Program-made: the position numbers and the translations under genes
Part shown: positions 49,767-60,141 of the stretch, in pieces
Layout of the letters: each line of letters opens with the position of its first letter
How positions within the stretch are numbered: the stretch's first letter is position 1
Assembly (NCBI GenBank): GCA_965215195.1
Contig: CBDCDC010000002.1
Span: 3,552,001-3,616,000, forward strand
Source of the DNA: Candidatus Latescibacterota bacterium
GTDB lineage: Bacteria > Latescibacterota > UBA2968 > UBA8231
DNA length: 64,000 nucleotides
Direction of reading: 5' to 3'
The notes under the pieces: model-generated
The model's database searches: none
Seen by the model: the letters and a program-made list of their open reading frames with translations, nothing else
Told to the model about the DNA's origin: nothing

Positions 49767-50735
49767 ATGGCGAAAATCACGCTGGGTTTACTACAAAGTC
49801 AGTTTCTCCCCATCGGTCTGGTGACCGCGGCCGTGGTCGGCGTCTTCTTTCCAGCGCCGGGCCAGTACATGGCCGAATTGCCCACTCAGTACATCGCCGT
49901 CAGCTTTATCTTTTTTCTAGCCGGGCTGATGTTGAAGACCGACGAAGTCCACGCTGCCCTTGCCGCGTGGAAGGCGACGTCTTGGGGGTGTGTTTCGATT
50001 CTCTTCGCGACGCCCGTTCTCGGTGCAGCAATCGCGTTCCAACTCCCGATGCAGCCCGCCTTCCAATTCGGTTTGGCCCTGTTCTGCTGTATGCCCACGA
50101 CTCTGACTTCGGGCGTGGCGTTGACGGCGCAGGCCCGAGGCAACGTAGCCTTAGCCCTGCTTTTGACGGTGCTGACCAATATCGCCGGTATCGTCACGGT
50201 GCCCTTTGTGCTAGCGCATCTTCTGAGTGCCCTAGGCCAAGTTGAGCTTTCGGCCGGCGATCTGTTCGCCAAACTCTGTCTTTCGATCTTGCTGCCCTTG
50301 GGCATCGGCAAGTACCTGCGGCGCTTCGCCGCCGATTGGATCAACGCCCAGCGCTCGCGGCTGACTTTGGCCAGCAACGCGGCGCTGATCTCGATTCCGT
50401 GGATGAAATTCAGCGAGTCTGCTGGACGGCTGGCCGAGGTAGAACCGGCGAGCTTGTTGATTCTGGCGTTGTCTGGCTTGGCAATCCACGCGCTCTACCT
50501 GCTGCTCAACGGCGGTGCTTGCGTGCTGTTGCAGCTCGAAGCCGCGGCGCGCAAGGCCGTTGTGCTGATGGCCAGCCAAAAGACCCTGCCGGTGGCAATG
50601 ACGGTGCTGGCGTTTTTGCCGGAGTCGGCGGTGTCGCCCGAGCTGAAGGGGCTAATAGCAATACCTTGTATTGTGTTTCACCTAGGGCAGATTTTCATGG
50701 ATGCAGTTATCGCGACGCGGTGGGGAAACGTTTAG
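49767..50735 (+). CDS. Bile acid:sodium symporter-like transporter
   Basis: Multi-TM; CMPTTLTSGV, ARGNVALAL, SQKTLP. Confidence 0.88.
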   Translation: MAKITLGLLQSQFLPIGLVTAAVVGVFFPAPGQYMAELPTQYIAVSFIFFLAGLMLKTDEVHAALAAWKATSWGCVSILFATPVLGAAIAFQLPMQPAFQFGLALFCCMPTTLTSGVALTAQARGNVALALLLTVLTNIAGIVTVPFVLAHLLSALGQVELSAGDLFAKLCLSILLPLGIGKYLRRFAADWINAQRSRLTLASNAALISIPWMKFSESAGRLAEVEPASLLILALSGLAIHALYLLLNGGACVLLQLEAAARKAVVLMASQKTLPVAMTVLAFLPESAVSPELKGLIAIPCIVFHLGQIFMDAVIATRWGNV

Positions 50736-51832
50736 TTCTTTGCTCGAAAGATCCCCGCCCGACGCAGCGCCTCGACGCCGGATTCGGCGAGCGAGACCGG
50801 GAAGTGAACGGGGCGGTTGCCCTCTAGCTGCGACTGGTAGATGGCCATGACCATTTCCAACGAGCGGCGACCCACTGCGCCGTCGCTGCGCAAGGTGCCG
50901 CGGCCTTCGAGGGCGTCAATCAACTCGGACAGTGCTGCGACGTACGTAGAGACCGGGGTCGGCCGTTCGACCTCGACTTCTTCGAGGCTGCTCCACTCAA
51001 AGCCGCTGTCCGGCTCAGAAAGCGAAACCTTGGACTGAAAGAGGCGGACTTGTTCGAGGTCCATGCGGATCAGGCCGGTCGTGCCGCGCAGTTCAAAGGC
51101 GTTGTCGTTATACTGCGTCAGTTCGGCACCGCAGATCAGCCCAGTGCCCCCCCCTTTGAACTTGAGCATCGCAGCCGAAAAATCCTCGACCGCCCAAGGA
51201 CGCATGCGCTGCTCAGCCATGCCGCACAGCCACTCCACTTCGCCGGCGTAGAGATCCATCAGGTCGAAATAGTGGGTGAAGTCGTGCAGTAAGGGGCCTT
51301 CGTTGTCGCTGCGCCACCAAGGGGCCGGCTTGCCCCCGTCCATGTAGCAATAGATGTGGTTGAGCTCGCCGATAGCTCCCTCGCCGAGGAGTGTTTTGGC
51401 GAGAACCCACTCGGAGTGCCAGCGGCGGTTGTGGTTGATCTGCAATAGCACACCCTCCGCTTGGCAGGCCGCGATCATCTGGTCGCATTCCTCCAGCGAA
51501 AGGGCCATTGGCTTCTCGCAGATGATGGCGCGCGTTGAGGAGGCTTGGGCGCAGCCGGTGACCATTTCGGCGTGGAGTTCGGGGTGGGTGGCGACGATGC
51601 AGATGTCGGGCTGGACCTCGGCGAGCATTTGCCGATAGTCGCGGTAGAGTGCCTCCACGCCGAAGCGCTCGCCGAAGGCATTGAGCTTGTCGCGCCCTCG
51701 GTTGACGCCGGCGACCAGCGCACAGGATGGGTGTTGAGCGACAGCGGCGGCGTGGTTGTCGGGCAAGTCGGAGAAACTGAACTGATAGCCGACGCGACCC
51801 GTGCCGATAATAGCAACGCGATAAGTCTTCAT
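50732..51832 (-). CDS. Gfo/Idh/MocA-family oxidoreductase
   Basis: VAIIGTG, ICEKPMA, NHNRRW, THYFD; start MKTYR. Confidence 0.9.
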   Translation of the reverse strand: MKTYRVAIIGTGRVGYQFSFSDLPDNHAAAVAQHPSCALVAGVNRGRDKLNAFGERFGVEALYRDYRQMLAEVQPDICIVATHPELHAEMVTGCAQASSTRAIICEKPMALSLEECDQMIAACQAEGVLLQINHNRRWHSEWVLAKTLLGEGAIGELNHIYCYMDGGKPAPWWRSDNEGPLLHDFTHYFDLMDLYAGEVEWLCGMAEQRMRPWAVEDFSAAMLKFKGGGTGLICGAELTQYNDNAFELRGTTGLIRMDLEQVRLFQSKVSLSEPDSGFEWSSLEEVEVERPTPVSTYVAALSELIDALEGRGTLRSDGAVGRRSLEMVMAIYQSQLEGNRPVHFPVSLAESGVEALRRAGIFRAKN

Positions 51833-51845
51833 GGGACCTCCAGCC

Positions 51846-52346
51846 TTAAAAGAGATCGAGTTGAGGAGCAAGCGCACCTTCGAGGGCGAGCAACGCTCTT
51901 TTGATCGGCAGCCCTCCGGCGTAGCCGACCAGTGCGCCATTGCTGCCAATGACGCGGTGACAAGGCACGACAATGGGCAGAGGGTTCCTGCCGTTGGCCA
52001 AGCCGACGGCGCGGACCGAGCTCGGGTTGCCGATGCGGCGCGCTAGCTCCGAGTAGGAGATCGTCTCGCCGTAGGGAATCTCCGCGAGTGCGGCCCAGAC
52101 TTTGCGCTGAAACGCCGTTCCTTGGGGATGGAGCGGTAGATCAAAGCCGCGCAAGTGCCCGGCGAAGTAGGAATCGAGCTGTTCGGCGACCGGATAGGGC
52201 AGAGCCGCCACGGCCTGCCAATCCGGCGGCGGGGTAAAGTCGCGGCCCTTGAACTGGATGTGCCGCAAGCCCGTGCGGTCGCCGGCTAGGACCAGCTCGC
52301 CGATGAGGCTATATATAGTAGTATAGAGCAGGCCTTCAGCAGGCAT
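51846..52346 (-). CDS. ogt: Methylated-DNA-protein-cysteine methyltransferase
   Basis: GTAFQRKVW, IPYGET.SY, VPCHRVIG. Confidence 0.95.
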   Translation of the reverse strand: MPAEGLLYTTIYSLIGELVLAGDRTGLRHIQFKGRDFTPPPDWQAVAALPYPVAEQLDSYFAGHLRGFDLPLHPQGTAFQRKVWAALAEIPYGETISYSELARRIGNPSSVRAVGLANGRNPLPIVVPCHRVIGSNGALVGYAGGLPIKRALLALEGALAPQLDLF

Positions 52347-52374
52347 AGTGCTCCTTCGATTTTCTCTTAATTGC

Positions 52375-52506
52375 CTTAGTACACGACACCTAAAGTAGGC
52401 GATACTTACTTTGAGTACGCATTTTCTGCGGTTTCCGCTGGGTCCGGGATCGAGGGCGGGACGCCCTCGATCCTTGGCAGGCTGAGGGCTGGTGTCGTGT
52501 AGTAAG
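52375..52506. mobile_element. MITE copy 2 (132 bp)
   Basis: TIRs CTTAGTACACGACACC and GGTGTCGTGTAGTAAG; perfect 9-bp TSD CTTAATTGC. Confidence 0.92.
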
Positions 52507-52548
52507 CTTAATTGCTGACGTTAGGCGTTGTCTAGCGATCGTTATTTC

Positions 52549-53799
52549 CTACTGCGATATCCCCAGTGCCCGAAAGTCCGTCCCAGTCGGCTCCTGAAAA
52601 ACCCGCAGATCAAAGGCGGGCACAATGGCGAAGATGTGGTCGAAAATGTCGGCCTGAATCGCCTCGTAGTTGGCCCAGACTATATCCTTGCAGAAGACAT
52701 AGATTTCGAGGGGTAGCCCCTTGGAGGTCGGAGCTAGCTGGCGCACCAGAAAGGTCATCTCTTGGTTGATCTGCGGATGGTTTTGCAGATAGGCCCGCAC
52801 ATAGGCGCGGAAGGTGCCGATATTGGTCATGCGCCGGCCATTTACCAGATGCGAAAGGTCCACTTGGTTGAGCTTGTTGTATTCGGCTAGCTCTTGCTTC
52901 TTGCGCTCAATGTGGGCGGTGATGTACTGGATTTTGGCGAAGCGTGCGAGCATTTCCTCGTCGCAAAACTTGATGGTGCTGACATCGAGGTGGATTGCCC
53001 GCTTGATCCGTCGCCCGCCCGAGTCCTGCATTCCGCGCCAGTTTTTGAACGACTCGCTGATCAGCGCGTACGTGGGAATGGTCGTGATGGTCTTGTCCCA
53101 GTTTTGGACCTTGACCGTCGTCAGCGTTATGTCGAGCACGTCGCCATCGGCCCCGTATTGGGGCATTTCAATCCAGTCGCCATAGGCGACCATGCGGTTT
53201 ACCGAGATCTGGATGCCGGCGACCAACCCGAGGATTGAGTCGCGGAAGATCAAGAGCAACACCGCGGTCATCGCCGTCAGGCCGCCGAGCAAGTAGAGTG
53301 GCGATTGGCCGATTAGGATTGCGACGACGATGACGCTGCCGAGCAAATAGAGGATGATCTTGAGAAACTGCACCAGCCCCTTGATAGAGACTTCGTGCGA
53401 GTCCTTCATGCCGTGGTAGATGCGGACGCCCGCGCTTATCAACGCATCGATGGCCAGTAAGCCGGAGAGCACTAGGTAAACATGCGCCGCGGTCTGGATG
53501 ATTTTGACGGAAACGGGGTGGCCCTCTAAGGCTAGCGGCCCTAGATGGTAGAAGATGAGGCCGGGCACTAGATGGGCCAGCCGGTGCAGGACCCGGCATT
53601 CGATTAGGGCGTCGTCCCAAGGGATATCGGTGCGGCGAATGATGGCGTTGAGGCCGCGGAGTAGCGGCCCTCTGGCTAAGCGATGGGCGAGCAAGGCCAC
53701 GAAGGCGACTAAGGCCAAGGCGACCAGTGCGGCGAGGTCTTCGCTGAGGTCCCTGCTGAGGCCCCATTCGAGAAATTGGCGGCGCAGTGAGTTGAGCAT
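52549..53799 (-). CDS. MscS-family mechanosensitive channel (YbdG-like)
   Basis: GDWIEMP.YGADGDV, VQNWDKTITTIPTY, GGRRIKR, TNIGTFR. Confidence 0.93.
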   Translation of the reverse strand: MLNSLRRQFLEWGLSRDLSEDLAALVALALVAFVALLAHRLARGPLLRGLNAIIRRTDIPWDDALIECRVLHRLAHLVPGLIFYHLGPLALEGHPVSVKIIQTAAHVYLVLSGLLAIDALISAGVRIYHGMKDSHEVSIKGLVQFLKIILYLLGSVIVVAILIGQSPLYLLGGLTAMTAVLLLIFRDSILGLVAGIQISVNRMVAYGDWIEMPQYGADGDVLDITLTTVKVQNWDKTITTIPTYALISESFKNWRGMQDSGGRRIKRAIHLDVSTIKFCDEEMLARFAKIQYITAHIERKKQELAEYNKLNQVDLSHLVNGRRMTNIGTFRAYVRAYLQNHPQINQEMTFLVRQLAPTSKGLPLEIYVFCKDIVWANYEAIQADIFDHIFAIVPAFDLRVFQEPTGTDFRALGISQ

Positions 53800-53834
53800 T
53801 GGTTGTTTGCGGGAAAGGGGATTCCGCTAGAAGG

Positions 53835-54317
53835 TTACGCTGGAACCGCTAGGGCAGAGGGAAAGGCGGCGAACAGGGTCGATTGCTCTTGTTCACCGCC
53901 ATAAGAGTAAAAGCGCAGGCGACCTTCTTCATTGACGAGCCAGAATTCTTGGGCACCGCGAGCCAAGTACAGGTCCTTCTTGGCCAGCATCTCGCCGATG
54001 GAGTTGGAGGGCGAGCGGATTTCGACGCATAGTTCCGGTGCTTGGCGATAGGGCGTATCCATCCCGTGGCGGGCGAAGAATGCGTCCGAACCCCAAGCTA
54101 CATCGGCGACTTTGACGCCTTGGCTGGTCTGGATTGAGCACTCGGTCAGGACGCGCCCGGCTGTTTTCTGCTGCATCAAGGTGAAGGCGATGAGGACTTG
54201 GATGTGGCCGTGTTTATTGGAGGCCGGCGTCATGGTTATTTGCCCCCATTCGTTTAGTTCGATCTTGAAGGGCAGGTCCTGCAGGGCCTTGTTTTGGCAC
54301 ACTTCAATCCAGTCCAT
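53835..54317 (-). CDS. Uma2-family endonuclease
   Basis: VADVAW, APELCVEIRSPSN, YLARGAQEFWLV. Confidence 0.88.
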   Translation of the reverse strand: MDWIEVCQNKALQDLPFKIELNEWGQITMTPASNKHGHIQVLIAFTLMQQKTAGRVLTECSIQTSQGVKVADVAWGSDAFFARHGMDTPYRQAPELCVEIRSPSNSIGEMLAKKDLYLARGAQEFWLVNEEGRLRFYSYGGEQEQSTLFAAFPSALAVPA

Positions 54318-54456
54318 GGACGCGGTTCTCCTATTGAGCTAGTATCATAGAGGGAAGATAGCCTACTCCCGCAGCGAACTCAAATGAGGCGACAATCACT
54401 TGGAGGAACTATGGAACCCGATCATGGTTGATCAATGGGAAGCGGAAGAACAGTGA

Positions 54457-54699
54457 ATGGCTGAGTACGAGTTCACAGAATATTTTGAGCAGCAAGTCCT
54501 GCGTAAGCGGTCTTATTTGAAGAAAGAGTGGTGCATCTATGTCATTGAGAACGCTGTTCGTTCCGAGCCACAGGAGCATAACAGATTCCGTTTTTGGGCT
54601 GCAATTCCCGAATTCGGGGGTCGCTATCTAAGAGTCATTACGCTCGACGATAAAATGACTATTCACAACGCTTTTCCAGATCGAGGGTTCAAGCCATGA
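54457..54699 (+). CDS. Putative toxin of a type II TA pair (DUF4258/RelE-like)
   Basis: 80 aa, RYLRVI...HNAFPDR; ATGA overlap with the DUF2283 gene. Confidence 0.65.
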   Translation: MAEYEFTEYFEQQVLRKRSYLKKEWCIYVIENAVRSEPQEHNRFRFWAAIPEFGGRYLRVITLDDKMTIHNAFPDRGFKP

Positions 54700-54914
54700 A
54701 GCTCAACTACTACCCGGAAACGGACTCACTGTACATTGACTTGTCCGAGCAGTCTAGCGTAGAGAGTCGGGAAATCTCGGAAGGTATCATTCTTGATTAT
54801 GATGCCGACGGTAGGCTTGTTGGTATTGATATCGATAATGCTAGCAACAAAGTTGAAATGGAAAAACTGATTCTCAGTAAACTCCCCGGCAAGGTTGAAA
54901 TGACTAGTGCATAG
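54696..54914 (+). CDS. DUF2283 protein (putative antitoxin)
   Basis: MKLNYYPETDSLYIDL...LDYDADGRLVGIDI. Confidence 0.85.
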   Translation: MKLNYYPETDSLYIDLSEQSSVESREISEGIILDYDADGRLVGIDIDNASNKVEMEKLILSKLPGKVEMTSA

Positions 54915-54997
54915 CGCGGCGGGGGGACGCACCTTGCTGCGAACAGGTCGCGGTCTCTCTCACGAGCCTATATTCCCAATGGAAAGGATCTGTTTGC

Positions 54998-55557
54998 ATG
55001 AGTACGCGAGTCTTGCTGGTGGACGCTCACGAAATTACGCGCCAAGGGGTGCGGTCGCTGTGTGAGAAAGAAAACGATATTGAGATGGTCGCCGAGGCCG
55101 GGGACGGCCACACGGCCGTCGCCTTGGTCTCCGAGCACCTACCCGACTTGTGGTCATGGATATTGCCCTGCTCAACTTGAATGGCATTGAGGCGACGCGG
55201 CAGATACGGGATAGGGAACCGAGCGTGAAAGTGGTGGCACTGTTGTGCTATGACCGGCAGGGCGTCTACCTAAACAACGTAAAGATGAACGCTCTAGTCA
55301 TGCGGGGTACCCCAAATGGTGACCTACTGATCGTAGTGGACCATTGGTCCAATAAGACCGTTTTTTTTCAAAAAGTAAACCCAAAAAATGGACAGATAAA
55401 ATACAGTGTGGGACTTTCTACAAGGGAATTCGATCTTACTGTCCATAATCAGGTATGGCTGCCTTATCATAGCACCTTGAATCGTGCCTATTATGTAGGA
55501 GCGATGGAGTACATGATAAAAGAAATCGACGTGACTACACGCAAGATCCTCCGTTGA
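54998..55557 (+). pseudogene. Frameshifted NarL-type receiver fragment fused to an unrelated AT-rich fragment
   Basis: MSTRVLLVDAH...EHLPDL / VMDIALLNLNGIEATRQIR...KVVAL, then unrelated sequence. Confidence 0.7.
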
Positions 55558-55693
55558 TTTGGTTGGGAGCCATCCGAATTCATCCCGCTTGCAGAGAAAT
55601 ACTACACTGAATTCAATAGTATTGATGAACTGCGCCTCCCTCCTCGCCGACCAATCGCCCTCCGCTGCTCAGGCGTGGTGAGGGGGTGAAGGA

Positions 55694-56986
55694 GTGATAG
55701 TGCAATCTCTGTCCGAGTCTTTCCGATTTCTCCGTGGCAATGTCCTCGTGCTCACCGTGTCGGGAAGTCTGGGCATGTTCTGCCGGGCCATGGTATTCCC
55801 ATACGTCCCTCTCTACATCTTGGCCCTCGGCGGCGAGCCAGAGCAAATCGGGATCGTTTATGCCCTAGGGCCTCTCGGCGGGCTGATCGCGTTTCCGATC
55901 GCCGGCTATCTAGCCGACCACATGAACCGGGCTTGGTTGATCGCGGGGGCCGGCTATTTCTCAGCTATAGCCGTGCTGGTAAACGCCGTAGCGCCGAGTT
56001 GGGAATGGGTGGCCGCGGCAATGCTGATACGGGGCTTTGCCGTGTTCCACTTTCCAGCCTCATCGGCCATCGTCGCCGACTCTCTGCCCTCTAGAAACCG
56101 GGGTCGTGGGATGGCGACGATGGCCGGCCTGACCGGGGGCTTGGCGCTGTCCGCTCCGTTTGTCGCCGGCGTGGCTATCGACGCTTGGGGAACTGAGAAG
56201 GGGATGCGGATCCTCTACGTGGTGATGGGCTCGGCCTACGCCGCGGGTGCTACGATCAACCTGATCTTCATCCGCGAGACCCGGGAGCCTCCAGCGGAAG
56301 CAGTGAGTGTCGTCAACCTCGGACAGACGCTACGCCGCTCCTACACTGGGATTCCGGCGCTGCTGCGGGGTTTCCCGCGCTCTCTGCGGGCCGTGACCGC
56401 AGTGATCATTCTGTGTTTCATCGCCAATGGCGTGGCCAGCCCCTTCTGGGTGGTGTACGCGAAGACCCACCTTGGGCTGACGGCTGCGCAGTGGGGGCTG
56501 ATCTTGCTGGTAGAATTCGGCTTGCGGAACCTGACGACGGTTCCCGCGGGGTTTCTCATTGACCGCTTTGGACGTACGCGGTTTCTCATCGCTGCCTTGC
56601 TGATCTCGGCTGCGACTCCATTGTATCTGCTGGCTAGCTCCTTTGGGTTCGCGCTGGCGATCCGCTGTACCATCGCCGTGGCCGCGGCCTTTTTCAGCCC
56701 GGCTATGGGTGCCCTGTTAGCCGACACCGTGCCCAGCGCAATCCGCGGCCGCGTGATGGCCGCCATTGGCCGAGGATCCGTGTCGATCGGCAGTGCCTCT
56801 GGCGGGACGGGCGGCCCTGCAACCGGGCTCTTGACCACCTTGCCGCTGATGGCGGCGGCGCTCTGTGGCGGATTCCTCTACGCTTGGAGCCCGGCGGTTC
56901 CGTTTCTGCTCGTCTTTGGACTGACCGTCGTTGCCTTGCTCGTGTCGGTCGCGTTCGTGCGCGATCCAAAAACGGCGCAGGAATAG
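55694..56986 (+). CDS. MFS transporter
   Basis: About 12 TM segments; GYLADHMNR and GFLIDRFGR motif A. Confidence 0.9.
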   Translation: MIVQSLSESFRFLRGNVLVLTVSGSLGMFCRAMVFPYVPLYILALGGEPEQIGIVYALGPLGGLIAFPIAGYLADHMNRAWLIAGAGYFSAIAVLVNAVAPSWEWVAAAMLIRGFAVFHFPASSAIVADSLPSRNRGRGMATMAGLTGGLALSAPFVAGVAIDAWGTEKGMRILYVVMGSAYAAGATINLIFIRETREPPAEAVSVVNLGQTLRRSYTGIPALLRGFPRSLRAVTAVIILCFIANGVASPFWVVYAKTHLGLTAAQWGLILLVEFGLRNLTTVPAGFLIDRFGRTRFLIAALLISAATPLYLLASSFGFALAIRCTIAVAAAFFSPAMGALLADTVPSAIRGRVMAAIGRGSVSIGSASGGTGGPATGLLTTLPLMAAALCGGFLYAWSPAVPFLLVFGLTVVALLVSVAFVRDPKTAQE

Positions 56987-57000
56987 CTACTAAGTCGCGG

Positions 57001-57029
57001 TTGACCCGTTGTAGTAGCGGGCGTACTAT
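57001..57029 (+). promoter_or_regulatory. Sigma-70 promoter
   Basis: TTGACC-N17-TACTAT upstream of the deaminase gene. Confidence 0.65.
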
Positions 57030-57075
57030 CTCCGACCAACCCGCATTCCGCATAGCTAGCAGGTGGTGAGCCATT

Positions 57076-57618
57076 ATGTCGAGGAAGGGAAGCACTATAT
57101 TCGAGCGGCCCGACTGGGACGAGTACTACATGCGCATCGCCATGGCCGTCCGGGCGCGTGCCAACTGCACGGGCAACCGCGTTGGCGCCATCTTGGTGCA
57201 GAACGACCGGATCATTTCGACTGGCTACAACGGCACCCCGCACAACATGGCCAACTGCCTCGACGGGGGGTGCGACCGCTGCAACCGCCGCGACCAGTAC
57301 GCTTCGGGCAAGGGCTACGATTTGTGTATCTGCGTCCACGCCGAGCAAAACGCGCTGTTGTCGGCGGCCCGCTTTGGGATCGCCACCGAAGGAGCGGTGA
57401 TGTATTCGACTATGCGGCCTTGTTTTGGCTGTGCCAAAGAAATCCTCCAAGCCAAGATACACGCGGTGTACTACTTGCACGATTGGATCTATCCCAACGC
57501 CGAGCGGCAGGCCAGCTACGAGGAGCTGTTGTCCTTTGTGCCCGGAGGCGTACGGGCCGTGGCCATGGACGATCCGGACGCGGCTTGGGCCGTTTCCTCC
57601 TTGCGCCAAGAGGGGTGA
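57076..57618 (+). CDS. dCMP deaminase (ComEB-like)
   Basis: RPDWDEYYM, TGYNGTP, VHAEQNA, PCFGC. Confidence 0.92.
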   Translation: MSRKGSTIFERPDWDEYYMRIAMAVRARANCTGNRVGAILVQNDRIISTGYNGTPHNMANCLDGGCDRCNRRDQYASGKGYDLCICVHAEQNALLSAARFGIATEGAVMYSTMRPCFGCAKEILQAKIHAVYYLHDWIYPNAERQASYEELLSFVPGGVRAVAMDDPDAAWAVSSLRQEG

Positions 57619-57619
57619 G

Positions 57620-59062
57620 ATGAGGTGCGCGGCTTGGGCCGCGTGGGCGAGCCTAATGGCCGCGGGGGCCGGCGGCGCAGAGCCAGTCGCCGCAGTGCCG
57701 GCCGGCCACAAGCCAACGCTCGACGGCATCTTGGTAGAGTGGGGAGCGCCTGAGCGCATCGGCCTAGTCCCCGGGGGCGTGCGCGTGGGTGTGCGCGGGG
57801 CCTTTGCCGGCTCAGCCGATCACGAGGCCGACCTCTACCTCATGTGGGACGCCGACTACCTGTACGTGGCGGCCGCGGTAGTTGACGACACCGTAGATGC
57901 CCAACAGATTCCCCCGGGCAAAAGCGAATGGCGCGGCCCATCCGGGGAGCGCAAGGACGCGATGTTTTACTACGATCACTTGAAAATTTTCTTGCGCGGC
58001 CCAGAGCAGCCCTTGGGGCATACCATCTGGCTGAGTCCGGCCGACGGTGCGCCCTATCTGTGGGGGGGCATGCAGCGCGAGAAGCCTACCGAGCGCGTGC
58101 CCGTACAGGCCGGAGGGGTGCTGCGCGCTCAGCTCTACACCTTTGAAGTGGGCATTCCCTGGGGCTGGTTGGGCCTCTCTCCCCAGCCCGACATGGTGCT
58201 TGACGCGCTCTTTCTGCTGCCGGATTCCGACCGGCCCACCGAGGCCCTGCGCAACAAGGTGCGGCAGAGCAACAAGTGGATCTGGTGGCAGGGCAAGGTG
58301 CAGCTCAAGGGGCGACCACCCGGGTTGCGCCAACCGCCCAAGGCGCAGGTCATTGCCGAGATCGCGGCGATGACGCGAAAAATTAGCGTACCGAAGCTGG
58401 ACCGGGATGGGGAGAATGAAAAGCTGGACCGGGATGGACAGGATTCGGTTGGCGTTGGCGCAAGTCTGGGTGGACAGAGGAAAATTCCGGCTGAGGTGGA
58501 CAGCGGCGATGCTGGCACAGGAAGGGCACAAAAGGCCGTGCAAGCTGCGGCCGTGCCGGCGCTTAGGTCGCGGCTAAACAGGTCGTTGTTGGCCAAGACA
58601 AAGCCAGCACCGGCTTGGGTGCGGGCACTCAATGACGACGAGGGGGTATCGCCGGGCCAAGTCGATTCTCTCTATTATAGATTGACCCACTCGCTGGTGC
58701 GCCTGACCGCGGACCGCATTAATGCCCGCAGCGACGGGATTGTCATGGACCTAGCTGAATACGCAGGGACTTGGCGGGCGCAGGCGCGGCACTTCTTGCA
58801 AAAACTGCTGGCCAAGACGCTCGCCGACCTAGAGCAGGGGCGGCTGCAAGAGCAGATCGCCGCTACAGCCGCAGAGGTTGGCGTGGATGGCGACAAAGCT
58901 GCCCGCTTAGTGCAATCGCTCTGCCGCGAAGCCCTAAAGATATATACTGAGGGCAAGGTCGCTAGTTCCGAAACCCTAATCGACAGGGCGCGGCGGCGGG
59001 CCAAACTCTCCGAGGAGCAGGCGCGCCACCTGCTGGCGGTGCTGGCAGCTATACCCCGATAA
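57620..59062 (+). CDS. Exported protein with CBM9/DOMON-like N-domain, linker and helical C-domain
   Basis: Signal-like N-terminus, LDGILVEW, LMWDADYLYVAAAVVDD; start ATG 57620. Confidence 0.65.
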   Translation: MRCAAWAAWASLMAAGAGGAEPVAAVPAGHKPTLDGILVEWGAPERIGLVPGGVRVGVRGAFAGSADHEADLYLMWDADYLYVAAAVVDDTVDAQQIPPGKSEWRGPSGERKDAMFYYDHLKIFLRGPEQPLGHTIWLSPADGAPYLWGGMQREKPTERVPVQAGGVLRAQLYTFEVGIPWGWLGLSPQPDMVLDALFLLPDSDRPTEALRNKVRQSNKWIWWQGKVQLKGRPPGLRQPPKAQVIAEIAAMTRKISVPKLDRDGENEKLDRDGQDSVGVGASLGGQRKIPAEVDSGDAGTGRAQKAVQAAAVPALRSRLNRSLLAKTKPAPAWVRALNDDEGVSPGQVDSLYYRLTHSLVRLTADRINARSDGIVMDLAEYAGTWRAQARHFLQKLLAKTLADLEQGRLQEQIAATAAEVGVDGDKAARLVQSLCREALKIYTEGKVASSETLIDRARRRAKLSEEQARHLLAVLAAIPR

Positions 59063-59064
59063 TT

Positions 59065-60135
59065 ATGCCCGTATTTTCCATCGAACACTTGCGCCAAGTC
59101 GGCGCAGCCATTTTCGCGGCCGCCGGTGCGCCACCCGCAGCCGCCGACGTCGTCGCCAAGCTGCTGGCCGACGCCAATGCCGTGGGGCACGATTCGCACG
59201 GCGTCATCCGCATTCCCCAATACATAAGCACCATCGAAAAGGGGGAGATCGTGCCCCACGCCGAGGTCGAAGTCGTGCGCCAGACCGCTGCAGCGGCCGT
59301 GCTCGACGGGCACTGGGGATTTGGCCAAGTCGCAATGAATCAAGCGGTGGAGATGGCTCTAGAGTGCGCCGGCCACTGCGGGGTCGCGGCCATAACCGTC
59401 AAGAACGCCAACCACATCGGTCGCCTCGGCAGCTACGTGGAGCGCATTGCCGAGGAGAACATGATCGGCCTGCTCTGCGCCAACTCGCACGGCGGCGGGG
59501 CCAGCGTGGCCCCTTGGGGCGGCATGGCCGGGCGTTTGGGCACCAACCCGCTGGCGGGCGGCTGGCCCGATGGCGAGGGCGGCGCACTCGTGCTGGACAT
59601 CACCACCAGCGTAGTGGCCGAGGGCAAGGTGCGGGTCAAGCGCAACCGCGGCGAGCCGGTCCCCGAGGGATGGATCATGGACGCGGCTGGCCGGCCATCG
59701 ACCGATCCCGCGGACTTTTACGACGAGCCGCGCGGCAGCCTCTTGCCCTTTGGCGGCGTCATGGGCCACAAGGGCTACGGACTCGGAGTAGTGGTGGAGC
59801 TGTTGGGCGGGGCGCTGAGCGGGGCGGGTTGTGCGCGGGGCCGGAAGGCGCGGATCGGCAACGGCTGCTTCTTGCTGGTCATCGACATTGGCCGCTTTCA
59901 GCCGCTCGCCGAGTACGCGGCCCAAGTGCGGGCGTACGCGGCCTATCTGCGGGCCTCGCCCAAGGCCGCGGGCGTTGAGGCCATCCTGCTGCCCGGCGAT
60001 CTGGAAAAGCGCGAGCGACAGGGGCGACAGTCCGGCGTGGTCGTCGAGGAAGAGACTTGGCGGCAAATTCTAGATTGCGCTCACCGGGTCGGTGCGGCAT
60101 TGCCGGCGCACGAGTCCGATCCTTGCACCCAATGA
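59065..60135 (+). CDS. Ldh_2-family oxidoreductase (second paralogue)
   Basis: GHDSHG, HIGRLG.Y, GTNPL, DITTSVVAEGKV, GHKGYGL. Confidence 0.9.
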   Translation: MPVFSIEHLRQVGAAIFAAAGAPPAAADVVAKLLADANAVGHDSHGVIRIPQYISTIEKGEIVPHAEVEVVRQTAAAAVLDGHWGFGQVAMNQAVEMALECAGHCGVAAITVKNANHIGRLGSYVERIAEENMIGLLCANSHGGGASVAPWGGMAGRLGTNPLAGGWPDGEGGALVLDITTSVVAEGKVRVKRNRGEPVPEGWIMDAAGRPSTDPADFYDEPRGSLLPFGGVMGHKGYGLGVVVELLGGALSGAGCARGRKARIGNGCFLLVIDIGRFQPLAEYAAQVRAYAAYLRASPKAAGVEAILLPGDLEKRERQGRQSGVVVEEETWRQILDCAHRVGAALPAHESDPCTQ

Positions 60136-60141
60136 GAACCC

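Noticed and set aside
58394-58437. Tandem AAGCTGGACCGGGATGG repeat (KLDRDG twice)
   Set aside because: Two in-frame copies in a protein linker; not CRISPR or a mobile repeat.
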